A stretch of DNA of 64,000 bases from a virus. The notes beneath the pieces are model-generated. The model ran no database searches. It had not been told where the DNA came from and was given only the letters and a program-made list of their open reading frames with translations. Every line of letters begins with the position of its first letter. Within the stretch, counting starts at the first letter, position 1. The translations under genes and the position numbers were made by a program. The stretch lies in IMG/VR virus record IMGVR_UViG_3300045988_109049, one strand, 5' to 3'. Below, piece after piece: positions 44,766-52,710 of this stretch.

Positions 44766-45026
44766 TTAGAATGATGCAAGTACAGGTGCTCCACCATTAC
44801 CCTCTTCATGTAGAAGCCAGAAGCTATCTCCGTCAGGAGTAGTGACATTGCTGAGCATAGGATTTGTGGGAATTCCTTTTGATGCTACAGCTCCAGTACT
44901 ACTTCCAAATGTAAAGAAGAGTTTGTCTGTCTTAGGATTCCTCTTAACATCAATGCGTGAAACATGCATTTTGTCCTTAAATTGCTCAACAGTTAAAGTT
45001 GCATTGAATACAAGATTATTTCCCAT
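44766..45026 (-). CDS. hypothetical small protein (first gene of the minus-strand module)
   Basis: Clean ORF with its own terminator. Confidence 0.6.
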   Translation of the reverse strand: MGNNLVFNATLTVEQFKDKMHVSRIDVKRNPKTDKLFFTFGSSTGAVASKGIPTNPMLSNVTTPDGDSFWLLHEEGNGGAPVLASF

Positions 45027-45210
45027 AATGGTAATAATTTAATTGTTAGATAATAAGTTAATACCGGGGGAATATCCCCACTGGCTAAGTGATGGGGGAG
45101 GTTTGGTTGGTGTACATCTCTCTCATATAAAACAAGCCAAGAAAAAAAAATAAAAAAAAAAAATAAAAAATAAATTTTTCATAGCACCGAAATAAAATCT
45201 CACTAAATAA

Positions 45211-45242
45211 TTTGCATATATTATTTATTTTGCTTACATTTG
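45211..45242 (+). promoter_or_regulatory. Bacteroidota-type promoter (-33 TTTG, 20-nt spacer, -7 TACATTTG) for the plus-strand module
   Basis: TTTG at 45211-45214 and TACATTTG at 45235-45242. This matches the published Bacteroides consensus TTTG/TAnnTTTG. Confidence 0.6.
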
Positions 45243-45582
45243 TACCTGTTGAGAATATCTACAGTTCTTATCTCTCCAGAGATTCATACCATAAAGTTGA
45301 TGTACAGGCTTTGGAGATGAATAGGGTAGTAGTTCCAAATAGGAATGAGGTAACCCCTATACAAAAACTGTCTTGGTTATAAGGAGTGGTAGCCTACCAA
45401 TGTAGATGAGAAAAGGTTGAGGGTAAAAGGCTCTTGGGGTAAACCGCCCACTATGAAATTCCAAGATAAGGGGATACAGTAATGTATCCTCTAATGGATT
45501 TAAAAAAAATTTAACAAATCCATAAGGGATAACTATACCCTAAAGGAAATGAAGTAAAGTATAAAAATAAAAGAAAAGTAAC
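45243..45582 (+). other. Long structured untranslated leader or candidate ncRNA
   Basis: About 340 nt without an ORF, locally more GC-rich than its surroundings. Several hairpins visible: UCUCU-CC-AGAGA, AUAGGGU..ACCCCUAU, GGAUAC-AGUAAU-GUAUCC, GGAUUU..AAAUCC, AGGGAUA..UACCCU. Confidence 0.4.
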
Positions 45583-46176
45583 ATGAAAGAAATCATTGTA
45601 GGAAGTAATGACAGTAGATCATACTTATCTTCATCGAGTATGTTATCTAGATTGTGGCATTCTCTGTTCTTTAGAACTCAATCTAAGAATATTTTCGAGC
45701 AACTAGAAACTACTATTAATGGAATCAAGATATCTTGTTTTGATTTAGTAATAAGTTTTAATCAAAAGACTTTAAAGTGGGAATTTGCTAATAAGAGATT
45801 TAGATATAAATCTAATTACACATTATTTGATATACTTGATATTCTTCAAAAAGAAAATAAAGATATATACGTTAGATTAAGTCTAGGAAAAATATCTTAT
45901 ATGGAAGACAATGAAGGATTTACACACTTATGCAACTATTTAGAGAAAAATTATCCTAAAATCAGATTTTTTGGTGGATGTAGGATAAAAGATAATAAGC
46001 AACTTTATAAATTTGACTCTAATATAGCAGAATCAGATATCCATCTATGGGTAGCTTCTTCAATGGAAGATTCTAAATGGTATGAGAAGGTACTTCCGAA
46101 ATTATACTCCAGAAGAAGGAATAAAGAGAATTACTTAAAGATAAAACCAGGAATAAACTTGTTCGATTTTGTATAA
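45583..46176 (+). CDS. hypothetical protein
   Basis: First ORF of the plus-strand module. Confidence 0.6.
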   Translation: MKEIIVGSNDSRSYLSSSSMLSRLWHSLFFRTQSKNIFEQLETTINGIKISCFDLVISFNQKTLKWEFANKRFRYKSNYTLFDILDILQKENKDIYVRLSLGKISYMEDNEGFTHLCNYLEKNYPKIRFFGGCRIKDNKQLYKFDSNIAESDIHLWVASSMEDSKWYEKVLPKLYSRRRNKENYLKIKPGINLFDFV

Positions 46177-46194
46177 AATTCATAATCAATTATA

Positions 46195-46326
46195 ATGTAT
46201 AAAATACAAGAAAAATTAGATGAGATAATAAAGAACCAAGAGATCCTTAATAAAATTCAAGTGGCTATTTATGATCTATTACTAAGGATAGAAAGTAAAA
46301 TGCCATCTGGGGAAAAGAGTTCTTAA
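46195..46326 (+). CDS. small coiled-coil ORF (43 aa); may continue in another frame to 46409
   Basis: My translation: MYKIQEKLDEIIKNQEILNKIQVAIYDLLLRIESKMPSGEKSS*. The adjacent frame reads ..EFLRNYLADIAGTITAELGLVDILNEIKKR* without a start codon. Confidence 0.4.
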   Translation: MYKIQEKLDEIIKNQEILNKIQVAIYDLLLRIESKMPSGEKSS

Positions 46327-46418
46327 GAAATTATTTAGCGGATATAGCTGGAACTATAACAGCAGAATTAGGATTAGTTGACATATTAAATGAGATAAAG
46401 AAAAGATAAGAAAAACTT

Positions 46419-46739
46419 ATGAAAAAATTAATTATTGAATGTAACGGAAATATAGTTAAAGTTAACTTGACTGTAAATAACACACAAATTATAGATTCTT
46501 ACAAAATAAAATCAGTACATGATATGATGGATATATTAGATAAGGTAAGAGAATCCAGTAAGGACTTTTATGCAGTGCATCATAGAGGTATTGTAGGAAT
46601 GATAAATGAATGGAGAGCTCATAATCTTCTTTATAATTTACATATAAAGAGAGATAGAACAGGAACTGTTGATCTTAATAAAGATCAAAGTATATGGGCA
46701 AAAATAGCTTATGCTATTTTATCTTTTCTATACTTTTAA
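46419..46739 (+). CDS. hypothetical protein
   Basis: Clean ORF. Confidence 0.6.
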   Translation: MKKLIIECNGNIVKVNLTVNNTQIIDSYKIKSVHDMMDILDKVRESSKDFYAVHHRGIVGMINEWRAHNLLYNLHIKRDRTGTVDLNKDQSIWAKIAYAILSFLYF

Positions 46740-46759
46740 CATAAAATAACTAAGAATTA

Positions 46760-46791
46760 TTTGTATAATTAAATAATTATGTCTACCTTTG
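46760..46791 (+). promoter_or_regulatory. Bacteroidota-type promoter (-33 TTTG, 20-nt spacer, -7 TACCTTTG)
   Basis: TTTG at 46760-46763 and TACCTTTG at 46784-46791, about 25 nt upstream of the ATG at 46817. Confidence 0.6.
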
Positions 46792-46816
46792 TAGACATAT
46801 AAATATTGTAACAATT

Positions 46817-47263
46817 ATGTATGAAGATATATTATTAACTCCTTTAGATTCTTCAAGAAAAGAAGAAATAAATAGCCCTCAAGATTTATTTATCTCCTTC
46901 TTGAACAAATTAGAAGGGTGGAAAACTAAATGTAAGAATCTTCACTGGGCTGCTCCAAAGAAAAACATACATGTGTATCTAGATGAGTTCCTTGATATTT
47001 TAGGAGATTATCAAGATGGCTTAGCTGAAGGTTATATGGGAATTTTAGGAAAGATGCAACCTAATGTAATAAAGGGTATTCCAAGTGATACGTTAAATGC
47101 TATGGATTTTATAGAGGAAGTAAGATCGGATACTCTTTTATTTTATAACAAAATACCTCAAGAAACTATATATAAGGGGATAACATCTGAGTGTGAGACC
47201 TTTATACAAAATATTAATAAGTATAGATATTTATTCGGTCTATGTGATATCAGGCCTTATTAA
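46817..47263 (+). CDS. Dps/ferritin-like four-helix-bundle protein (tentative)
   Basis: KNLHWAAPKKNIHVYLDEFLDILGDYQDGLAEGYMGILG parallels the Dps pattern (hW.v.G..f...H..ldE......D.iAER...LG). Confidence 0.4.
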   Translation: MYEDILLTPLDSSRKEEINSPQDLFISFLNKLEGWKTKCKNLHWAAPKKNIHVYLDEFLDILGDYQDGLAEGYMGILGKMQPNVIKGIPSDTLNAMDFIEEVRSDTLLFYNKIPQETIYKGITSECETFIQNINKYRYLFGLCDIRPY

Positions 47264-47271
47264 TATATTTT

Positions 47272-47343
47272 GCTCCCTTCTTCCAATGATTAGGAAATCA
47301 GTTTTGTACTCTGAGAATAAAGGTTTGAATCCTTTAGGGAGCT
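47272..47343 (+). tRNA. tRNA-Thr (anticodon UGU)
   Basis: Acceptor GCUCCCU/AGGGAGC (7 perfect bp), D stem UUCC/GGAA, anticodon loop UUUGUAC, T arm AAAGG-UUUGAAU-CCUUU. Confidence 0.8.
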
Positions 47344-47367
47344 CTAAACTTTAATAGTTTACAAATA

Positions 47368-47529
47368 ATGGATGTACAAAGAGTAATGAGTGTTTATGTG
47401 GGAAGCACAGTAAGAGAAGTTGTTGACTATGCCAACAAACATCTTGTAAAAAAAGATGATATTGTGACTATAATGGAGCGTGGAACTCAAATCTATCTTA
47501 TTTATTATAAGCCTATCGCAGTTCAATAA
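47368..47529 (+). CDS. small hypothetical protein (53 aa), not in the ORF track
   Basis: My translation: MDVQRVMSVYVGSTVREVVDYANKHLVKKDDIVTIMERGTQIYLIYYKPIAVQ*. The antisense track ORF 47359-47553 looks spurious. Confidence 0.5.
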   Translation: MDVQRVMSVYVGSTVREVVDYANKHLVKKDDIVTIMERGTQIYLIYYKPIAVQ

Positions 47530-47541
47530 AATAATATTAAT

Positions 47542-47823
47542 ATGGAGAAGCAAGAAACAGTAGAAAGAGAGCTAATGTCTCAAGAAGAGTTTGAGAAATA
47601 TATAGAAGATAATAGTGGATTAAAAACTTTTGAAGCTGTTGGAAGATATAAATCGGTAGGAAGAGCTTATAGAAGAAATCATATAACAAGAAATGGGCTT
47701 ATCATACCAAAGAGACCATTTAATAATAGAAAGAATACTTCTAAAAGAAAAGGAGCTCATAGTAGAAGTGTGAATGAATATAAAAAGAGAATCTATGAAC
47801 AAATTAAGTATCTCAGAAGATAA
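47542..47823 (+). CDS. hypothetical basic protein
   Basis: Clean ORF with an Arg/Lys-rich C-terminal half. Confidence 0.55.
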   Translation: MEKQETVERELMSQEEFEKYIEDNSGLKTFEAVGRYKSVGRAYRRNHITRNGLIIPKRPFNNRKNTSKRKGAHSRSVNEYKKRIYEQIKYLRR

Positions 47824-48019
47824 GCATAGCAAAGAAGATTATGAGCGCATCCCAGTATCTTACTGTAGAAATTGCCTATCTTTAAGTATCATGAAGATAG
47901 ATGATGATGACCCAGAATTAGATTACTGTGATGAATGTGGAAGCACATCTATCCTAGTAACGGATATAGCAAAATGGAGAGAGCTATATAAAGAAAAATA
48001 TGGAAAATATTTAGTTTAA
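47774..48019 (+). CDS. zinc-ribbon protein
   Basis: CRNC...CDEC pairs. The true start is probably an internal Met. Confidence 0.55.
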   Translation: MNIKRESMNKLSISEDKHSKEDYERIPVSYCRNCLSLSIMKIDDDDPELDYCDECGSTSILVTDIAKWRELYKEKYGKYLV

Positions 48020-48026
48020 TAATATA

Positions 48027-48323
48027 ATGAAGGAGAATATGGAAAAACCGGAAGTAAAAGAGAATGAAAAAATGAGTTATGAACAATTAGAGAATGTAGC
48101 TCATCAACTAAGTGAACAAGTAAGACAATTATATGCAAAACTACAAGAAGCTAATCTTGAGAATATGTTTAAGAGATTAGATTATTTATTTAGAGTTGTG
48201 GAAAATGCTCATTCATTTAGTGTAGATTTTGTCAATAAATGTACTTCAGAAATAGAGTCTTTAATGACTCTTCCTGACCCTGAAGATGAACCTAAAGAAG
48301 ATTCAGGACAATCTGAAAATTAA
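48027..48323 (+). CDS. hypothetical coiled-coil protein
   Basis: Clean ORF. Confidence 0.55.
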   Translation: MKENMEKPEVKENEKMSYEQLENVAHQLSEQVRQLYAKLQEANLENMFKRLDYLFRVVENAHSFSVDFVNKCTSEIESLMTLPDPEDEPKEDSGQSEN

Positions 48324-48327
48324 ACAT

Positions 48328-48711
48328 ATGAATAGGAAAGCTAATAATGTTATTAGAATTCCTACTTCACTAGATGGTAAATTTTTCGAATATTGGTTTA
48401 AGTTTCTTAGACCTTTCCATAGTCTAACAGATAGAGAAATAGATGTCATTGCATGCTTTGTAAAGCATAGATATGAGCTTAGTAAAGTTATCAAAGATAA
48501 TGATATACTTGATAAAGTTACTATGAGTGAAGATACTAAAAGAAAAGTGAGGGAAGAGTGTAATATAACTCTTCCGCACTTTCAAGTAATTATGGGAAAG
48601 CTAAGAAAGAATGGAGTAATAATAAATGGTAAAATAAATCCCAGGTTTATACCAAACTTAGAGGAAGAATGTAATGCTTTTCATTTATTACTGTACTTTG
48701 AATTAAAATGA
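48328..48711 (+). CDS. hypothetical protein with probable (w)HTH
   Basis: Start moved to the ATG (MNRKANNV) just after the upstream stop. ITLPHFQVIMGKLRKNGVI looks HTH-like. Confidence 0.5.
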   Translation: MNRKANNVIRIPTSLDGKFFEYWFKFLRPFHSLTDREIDVIACFVKHRYELSKVIKDNDILDKVTMSEDTKRKVREECNITLPHFQVIMGKLRKNGVIINGKINPRFIPNLEEECNAFHLLLYFELK

Positions 48712-48986
48712 GGTACGAAGATATTCTGAATAAGGTTGCTACAGATTTAAACATTCCTGTTGAAGTAGTAAGATTAGCCTATAAATCTTATTGGGAGTTC
48801 ATAAGGCAAACTATTCAATCCTTACCATTAAAGGATAATCTAAGTGAAGAGGAGTTCTCTAAATTAAGAACTAATTTTAATATTCCAAGCCTAGGGAAAC
48901 TATCTTGCACATTTGATAGAATGACCAGGATGAAAAAGAGATTCGAATATATAAGTAAATTAAGAAAGAAAGATAAATATGATTAA
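48708..48986 (+). CDS. HU/IHF-like DNA-binding protein (tentative)
   Basis: N-terminal helices ILNKVATDLNIPVEVVRLAYKSYWEFIRQTI, then FNIPSLGKLSC, resemble the HU fold pattern. Confidence 0.4.
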   Translation: MRYEDILNKVATDLNIPVEVVRLAYKSYWEFIRQTIQSLPLKDNLSEEEFSKLRTNFNIPSLGKLSCTFDRMTRMKKRFEYISKLRKKDKYD

Positions 48987-49404
48987 AGTAAAAAAGATAC
49001 GTCCTATGTTCACTACATTAGTGACTACCATGAATAAGTATGAGAATGATGTAAAAACCTCTACTGGCCTAATAGATACAAGTAGACAAAAAGGGACTCT
49101 AAAAGAATATCAGACAGTACTTGCTGTAGGAGACTCAGTAAGAGGAATTAATGTAGGAGATATTGTATGTATAAATCCTTCTAGATTTGCGGTTAAGAAA
49201 CATAAGGAAGGATCATTAAAAGATGGTATCGTTACTGATAATCCAGTTGTAACCTATAATTTCGATATTATCGAACTTGATAATAAACAATGTTTATTAC
49301 TTCAAGACAGAGATATTGATTTTGTAATTGAAGATTATGAGGAAATTCCAGATGTGGCTCCTTCAAATATAATCATACCTAGGAAAGAGAAAATTCTTTC
49401 CTAA
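48979..49404 (+). CDS. GroES/Cpn10-like co-chaperonin
   Basis: Block-wise match to E. coli GroES: IRPMF/IRPLHDRV, TSTGLIDTS/SAGGIVLTG, QTVLAVGDS/GEVLAVGNG, INVGDIVCIN/VKVGDIVIFN, LLLQDRDIDFVIE/LIMSESDILAIVE. Confidence 0.6.
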   Translation: MIKVKKIRPMFTTLVTTMNKYENDVKTSTGLIDTSRQKGTLKEYQTVLAVGDSVRGINVGDIVCINPSRFAVKKHKEGSLKDGIVTDNPVVTYNFDIIELDNKQCLLLQDRDIDFVIEDYEEIPDVAPSNIIIPRKEKILS

Positions 49405-49411
49405 ATTCAGG

Positions 49412-49456
49412 AAGGCCAGTCAGTTAGTTGGCTGGCCTTTCTTTTATTTTTTTTTT
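49412..49456 (+). terminator. Intrinsic terminator
   Basis: AAGGCCAG-loop-CUGGCCUU followed by a U-rich run (tcttttattttttttt). Confidence 0.8.
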
Positions 49457-49474
49457 CCTTAATTTTCTTTATTT

Positions 49475-49816
49475 ATGAGTATAGAAGATATTATAGAGTC
49501 TTTGAATAGGTACATACGTCTAGAAAGAAATGAACAAGGGATCTCTGTTAACAGCCATCTGGTTTTGCAAAGAATTGTAGAGCCTAATTCAACATTTAAA
49601 TCATATAAGAAGTATGAATGGATAGTATGGCTAATTGATAATGATTCTAAATATAGAATTCTCACAGTATCTCTTGTAGAAAAAGTCCTGAAAGATCAGG
49701 AAGAGAAAATAAATAAGAGATTATGTAATTCTTTATTAGAAGCTCTTTTTAGATTTATAAGAACTGAGGATTACAATCAAATAGTAAATGGTAATTATAA
49801 GGGAGGAAGTCTATGA
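49475..49816 (+). CDS. hypothetical protein
   Basis: Clean ORF. Confidence 0.6.
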   Translation: MSIEDIIESLNRYIRLERNEQGISVNSHLVLQRIVEPNSTFKSYKKYEWIVWLIDNDSKYRILTVSLVEKVLKDQEEKINKRLCNSLLEALFRFIRTEDYNQIVNGNYKGGSL

Positions 49817-50352
49817 GGTTATTAAAATATGAAGGATTTAAATTGACATTTGAACCGGAGTTACTTACCATAAAAGTCTTTAAGAAGCTTCATCAGAGAG
49901 ATAAAACCAAAGATAAAAGTAAATTTTTACAGGAGTTAGGGTATATATATTTTTTTGTAGATCCTAGATCTGATTTTCAAATATATACTGATGAAGAGGA
50001 GAGACATAAAAAGATATTAGAAGGTATAGGAGTTTCTGACACTTGGAAGATAGATAAAGATTTACAAGAAGCTATAGATTATTATGCTAAATTCAAACCG
50101 ATATCAGCTCTGTTATTAGATGATACTAGAGCTATGATTAATGGATACAGAAGCAAGTTAAGAGCTTTAACAGCTACTATGGCTGATCTGGATGTGAAAG
50201 AAACAAAAGATGTAGGAAGTATAATAAAGCAAATACCTTCTCTAGTAAAAGATTTGGATGAAGCTGAAAAGGCAATTACTAAGGAAATTGCTTCAAATGA
50301 TAGAGTAAGAGGTAGTGTAGAAAAATCCATGTATGAAGATCTTATACTGTAG
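49813..50352 (+). CDS. hypothetical protein (positional candidate for the small terminase subunit)
   Basis: Immediately upstream of TerL. No motif recognised. Confidence 0.55.
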   Translation: MRLLKYEGFKLTFEPELLTIKVFKKLHQRDKTKDKSKFLQELGYIYFFVDPRSDFQIYTDEEERHKKILEGIGVSDTWKIDKDLQEAIDYYAKFKPISALLLDDTRAMINGYRSKLRALTATMADLDVKETKDVGSIIKQIPSLVKDLDEAEKAITKEIASNDRVRGSVEKSMYEDLIL

Positions 50353-50363
50353 CATATTTTATT

Positions 50364-52622
50364 ATGGATGAAGAAGTATTAATACAAACTAATGAATATC
50401 AAACTCCTATAACCAGAGAACTTTTATCTAAATATCCAGATGAAGTGGTAGAGCAATTTATGGACTTCATTTCTACAGTTCCTTTTATTCAGAATCTTAT
50501 TTCTTCTTCTAGACCAAAAATAGAAGATTTACCCAGAGATAAGTATAATAGAGCTATTATAGATATAACTAACCCACCAATATATAAAGATGCAGATTAT
50601 TTCAGGCAATCTGCATTGTATTTTCTAAAAGAAGGGGTATATACAAAACTTATACCTAATCCTAATCCTAATAGTGAGTATAGAAGATTCTGGGATAGAG
50701 AAATAGATAGATGCTATAATGGTCTCTTAAGAGAATCTGATGGAATGTGGATTCCAGGATATTTATATTGGTTCCTCAATTATTGTCCAATGATGATAAA
50801 TGAATATCAGAAGGGCAAAAAGAAAGCTATAAGAAAGGAGGGATTCGGGCTATTCTTTGAAGGAATTTGGCTACGGTATCTATACCTTAATGACGCCAGA
50901 GAAGAAGGCCATCATGCTGCAGAGCTTGCTAAGAGAGGTTGTAGTAAAAGTTACTCATTGGCATCTATAATGTCAAAAAATTTGATAATAGGGGAGTCTG
51001 TGGAAACTCAAAGAAGAAATATTACAGTTCTCACAGCATACCAAAAGGAGTATCTTAGAGATGATAAGGATGGAACTTTAAGTAAGTTTGTTCCTACTTT
51101 ATCTCACTTGTCAAAATACACTCCATTTCCTAGACTAATGATTAAACAGTCATCTAATGAGATGACCTGGCAAATGGGATATAAGGATGAGTATGGGAAA
51201 CTTCAAGGGTCACTAAATATGGTTATGGGGGTATCTGCTAAAGATGACTCTGATAAGTTAAGAGGAAAGAGAGGTTGGATATTATTTGAAGAGTTTGGTA
51301 ACTTTAGTGGACTACTGGAGCTTTACGATGTTACTAGAAAATCAGTAGAAGATGGTGATTTTACTTTCTCTCTAATGTATCTTGTGGGTACAGCCAACAA
51401 TAAAGAATCTAATTTCCAGTCTGCTAAAACTTTATTATATGCTCCCAGTTCTTATAATATAAAAGAAGTAAAAAATGTATATGATAAGAAAGGTCAAGGA
51501 AAAGATTACTTCGCATATTTCTTTCCAGCTTACTTAAATAGAGCAGGATGCTTTAATGAAGATGGAATATCGGATGTAGTAATGGCCCTATTACAAATAT
51601 TGAATAATAGATATAAAGCAAAATATGGGGCTGATCCAACCTCAGTATTAAGAGTAATAGCAGAAGATCCTATTACTCCTGCAGAAGCTATTATAAAGGT
51701 AAAAGATGCTTATTTTAATGTACAAGCTCTTAATGAGAGAGCTTCTCAATTGGATAAAAATCCTAGCCTATATAATGATATATATGTTGGGGAATTATAT
51801 ATTGATGGAGAAGGAGAAGTAAAATTCAGACCAACTGATAGTACTCCTATACGGAGTTATCCAGTTGATAATGATACTAAGGGAGCATTGGAGATATATG
51901 CTATGCCTGAAAAGGACAAATCTGGTAAAGTATTCAATAACAGGTATATTATAGGAGTAGACCCTGTTGATAATGATGTAGCTGAATCCTCTTCATTATA
52001 CTCATGCTTTGTATTCGATTTATTTACTGATACCATAGTAGCTGAGTTTACTGGAAGAAATCCTTTTGCTGATGATAATTTTGAGATAACAAGATTATTA
52101 TGTTTGTTCTATAATGCAAGATGTTTGTATGAGAGTAATAAGAAAGGAATATATGCATATTTTAAAGTTAAAAGAAGTGTTCATCTTTTAGCTGAAACTC
52201 CAGAGTATCTTAGAGACAAACAACTTATAAAGTACAGTAATGTTGGATCTAATGCATATGGAGTAAATGCCAGTTCTGCTATTAATAATTATGCTAATTC
52301 TTTATTACGAGATTGGTTTAATAAGCTAGTTCCCATAGTTATAGAAAGGGAGGATGGGACTTCAGATCAAGTAAATGTTCCAGTAATATATACTTTAAAA
52401 ACAAGAGCTTTAATAGAAGAGGCTATACAATTTAATCCTGAAATCAATGTAGATAGAATAAGAGCTATGGGAATGGTTATGATATATAGACAAGAATATA
52501 TTATAAGATATGGTGATAATATGAATGCTGAGTCTAGAGAAAAATATGATGAGGACGATTTAAGTAATGATCCCTACTTTAGAAATAACTACGATCTTAG
52601 ATTTGGCAGTAAATTTAGCTAA
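50364..52622 (+). CDS. terL: terminase large subunit
   Basis: Walker A-like ELAKRGCSKS, Walker B-like GWILFEEFG, RNase-H-like nuclease Asp in YIIGVDPVDND. Size and position next to portal fit. Confidence 0.75.
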   Translation: MDEEVLIQTNEYQTPITRELLSKYPDEVVEQFMDFISTVPFIQNLISSSRPKIEDLPRDKYNRAIIDITNPPIYKDADYFRQSALYFLKEGVYTKLIPNPNPNSEYRRFWDREIDRCYNGLLRESDGMWIPGYLYWFLNYCPMMINEYQKGKKKAIRKEGFGLFFEGIWLRYLYLNDAREEGHHAAELAKRGCSKSYSLASIMSKNLIIGESVETQRRNITVLTAYQKEYLRDDKDGTLSKFVPTLSHLSKYTPFPRLMIKQSSNEMTWQMGYKDEYGKLQGSLNMVMGVSAKDDSDKLRGKRGWILFEEFGNFSGLLELYDVTRKSVEDGDFTFSLMYLVGTANNKESNFQSAKTLLYAPSSYNIKEVKNVYDKKGQGKDYFAYFFPAYLNRAGCFNEDGISDVVMALLQILNNRYKAKYGADPTSVLRVIAEDPITPAEAIIKVKDAYFNVQALNERASQLDKNPSLYNDIYVGELYIDGEGEVKFRPTDSTPIRSYPVDNDTKGALEIYAMPEKDKSGKVFNNRYIIGVDPVDNDVAESSSLYSCFVFDLFTDTIVAEFTGRNPFADDNFEITRLLCLFYNARCLYESNKKGIYAYFKVKRSVHLLAETPEYLRDKQLIKYSNVGSNAYGVNASSAINNYANSLLRDWFNKLVPIVIEREDGTSDQVNVPVIYTLKTRALIEEAIQFNPEINVDRIRAMGMVMIYRQEYIIRYGDNMNAESREKYDEDDLSNDPYFRNNYDLRFGSKFS

Positions 52623-52680
52623 AAAGAATGTTAGGAATTAATAAACTACTTATATTATTGTTTTAGAAAGCAGTTTCACG

Positions 52681-52688
52681 TAACTTTG
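52681..52688 (+). promoter_or_regulatory. Candidate -7 element TAACTTTG upstream of portal
   Basis: Read directly. A 3-of-4 -33 element (ATTG) lies 20 nt upstream. Confidence 0.4.
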
Positions 52689-52710
52689 TAAAGAATAAAA
52701 TGAATCAAAT

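Noticed and set aside
46309-46317. Canonical -1 programmed frameshift heptamer (G_GGA_AAA).
   Set aside because: The heptamer is in phase with the outgoing frame, not the incoming one, so it does not fit the standard -1 slippage model. I kept it only as an indel or slippage candidate.
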